The notes beneath the pieces are model-generated. The model saw only the letters and a program-made list of their open reading frames with translations. It searched no databases and had not been told where the DNA came from. This document shows positions 62,745 through 64,000 of a DNA stretch of 64,000 nucleotides, piece by piece. The position numbers and the translations under genes are program-made. The DNA is taken from positions 108,686,001-108,750,000 of the forward strand of contig JANJGN010000007.1 of NCBI GenBank assembly GCA_026770705.1, in the 5' to 3' direction. The DNA comes from Isurus oxyrinchus (lineage: Eukaryota). Every line of letters starts with the position of its first letter. Positions within the stretch are counted from its first letter, which is position 1.

Positions 62745-63158
62745 AGGAGAAAAGGAGAAGGGTAAGAGGAGATTTGATAGAGGTGTTCAAAATCATGAGG
62801 TGGGTGGACAGAGTAGATAGGGAGAAACTGTTCCCACTCGTAAAACAATCAAGAATGCTGGGGCACAGATTTAAAGTGATTTGCAAAAAAAAAAAACAAA
62901 CGCAATGTGAGAAAAAACGTTTTCACACAGCGAGTGGTTCAGGTCGAGAATGCACTGCCTGGAAGTGTGGTGGAGGTAGGTTCAATCAAGGCATTCAAGA
63001 GGGCATTAGATGATTATTTAAATAGAAACAATGTGCAGGGTTATGGAGAAAAGTGAGAATAATGGTGCTGAGTCTTAATGCTCATTCGGAGAGCCAGTGC
63101 ATGTATGATGGGCCAAATGTCCTCGTTCTGCACCATAACAATTCTGTGATTCTGTGAT
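62745..63158 (+). mobile_element. CR1 3' end inserted into a DeuSINE-like remnant (62640-62735 and 63160-63360)
   Basis: RGDLIEVFKIMRWVDRVDREKLFPLV; terminus ttctgtgattctgtga; flanks are colinear with 58410-58700. Confidence 0.8.
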
Positions 63159-63419
63159 AGACAATGAGATCATCTGTTTGATGAAATTGCATGAGGGATA
63201 GGACACTGGGACAACACAACTTTTTAAAATAGTGCCATGAGATTTTAATACTTGTACCTGAGTGGGTAGTCATGTACTTGGCTTACCGTTCCGTCTGGAT
63301 TGCACTGAATTTCAGCCCACGTGCCCAAGCCTCTGAAGTGCTGCTTGAATTCAAACCCAAGGCTGTTAAGCAAAGTTATTCTAATCTACAATTAAAATGA
63401 ATCTATGAAATTATAATAA

Positions 63420-64000
63420 ATCAGTCTAGAACTGGAGGATAAAGATTTTTGATTGAATGTGAAAGGTTTAAGAAAAAGGACAAGAAAAACAGACAGAAAT
63501 TCATAGATTTGACCTAATAGTTATTACAGGGATGTGATTGCAAAGTGACCATGGTTGGCAACTAAATATTCATGATACTTAAATTTTAGAAGACATAGGC
63601 AAAATAGAAAAGGAGGAGGATTGCCCTGAAAATAATGAATGGTGAAGTCAGTGGAGAAAAAATGGATCTTAACTCAGAAAATCAAGAAGTGGAATCAGTT
63701 AGGGTAGAGCTAAGGACATGGAAGGTGAGTTCATGATGTGGCCTAAGATGTTGATCATCAACCTGTAAATCCTTCCAATATGCCTGATGACAGGCAGAAA
63801 GAGAAAGAGTTTCCTGATCAGTCATTCTGCAGAAGGCAACAGCAAACTACTGCAGTACTTTTGCCAAACATAACAATCAAGCAATGCAATGAAAGCCTAT
63901 GGTCGCCATGGGCACGATACCTGAAGGCGGAAGGGGAGCTGAGTAAAAGCAAGGTGCAGAAACATTTTTGGGAGTTATTTGTACGCCACCTAGCTATAGT
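63420..64000 (+). mobile_element. Decayed CR1 endonuclease region with an RTE-tail-like insert (~63720-63940)
   Basis: Degenerate DLIVIT..W, GGG and VESVRVEL, resuming ttgggagttatttgtacgccacct; insert contains ggcaacagcaaactactgcagtacttttgcc. Confidence 0.45.

Overview
Eukaryotic, repeat-dense vertebrate DNA. The repeat complement (CR1 tails ending in GGGCCGAAGGGCCTGTT..CTCTATGA, DeuSINE-like SINEs, Penelope-like ends, Harbinger elements) points to a cartilaginous fish (shark); this is recognition from memory, not a search result. Host content: a tandem, minus-strand cluster of non-rearranging antigen-receptor-like IgSF genes. Gene 1 (~2.2-5.35 kb) has leader, germline-joined VJ, C1, TM and cytoplasmic exons. 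Gene 2 (~48.1-60.5 kb) has C1, TM and a probable terminal exon, with its V exon not found in the window. An orphan TM exon lies at ~14.3 kb. Both genes carry frameshifts or stops. The most striking structure is a nearly intact 7-kb Tx1-clade non-LTR retrotransposon (17572-24575) inserted into the B box of a ~140-nt tRNA-headed SINE-like element. It has a 12-bp TSD and is followed by an extra, diverged 85-bp copy of the SINE 3' half, and the composite has its own 13-bp TSD inside an old LINE. The SINE 3' end resembles the 3' ends of older Tx1 copies in the window, which suggests a reciprocal SINE-as-target / Tx1-as-mobiliser partnership. The window also holds two decayed two-gene Harbinger transposons, one enclosing a head-to-tail array of three old Tx1 copies, and many CR1, SINE and Penelope remnants. 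Boundaries of the old repeats are approximate.
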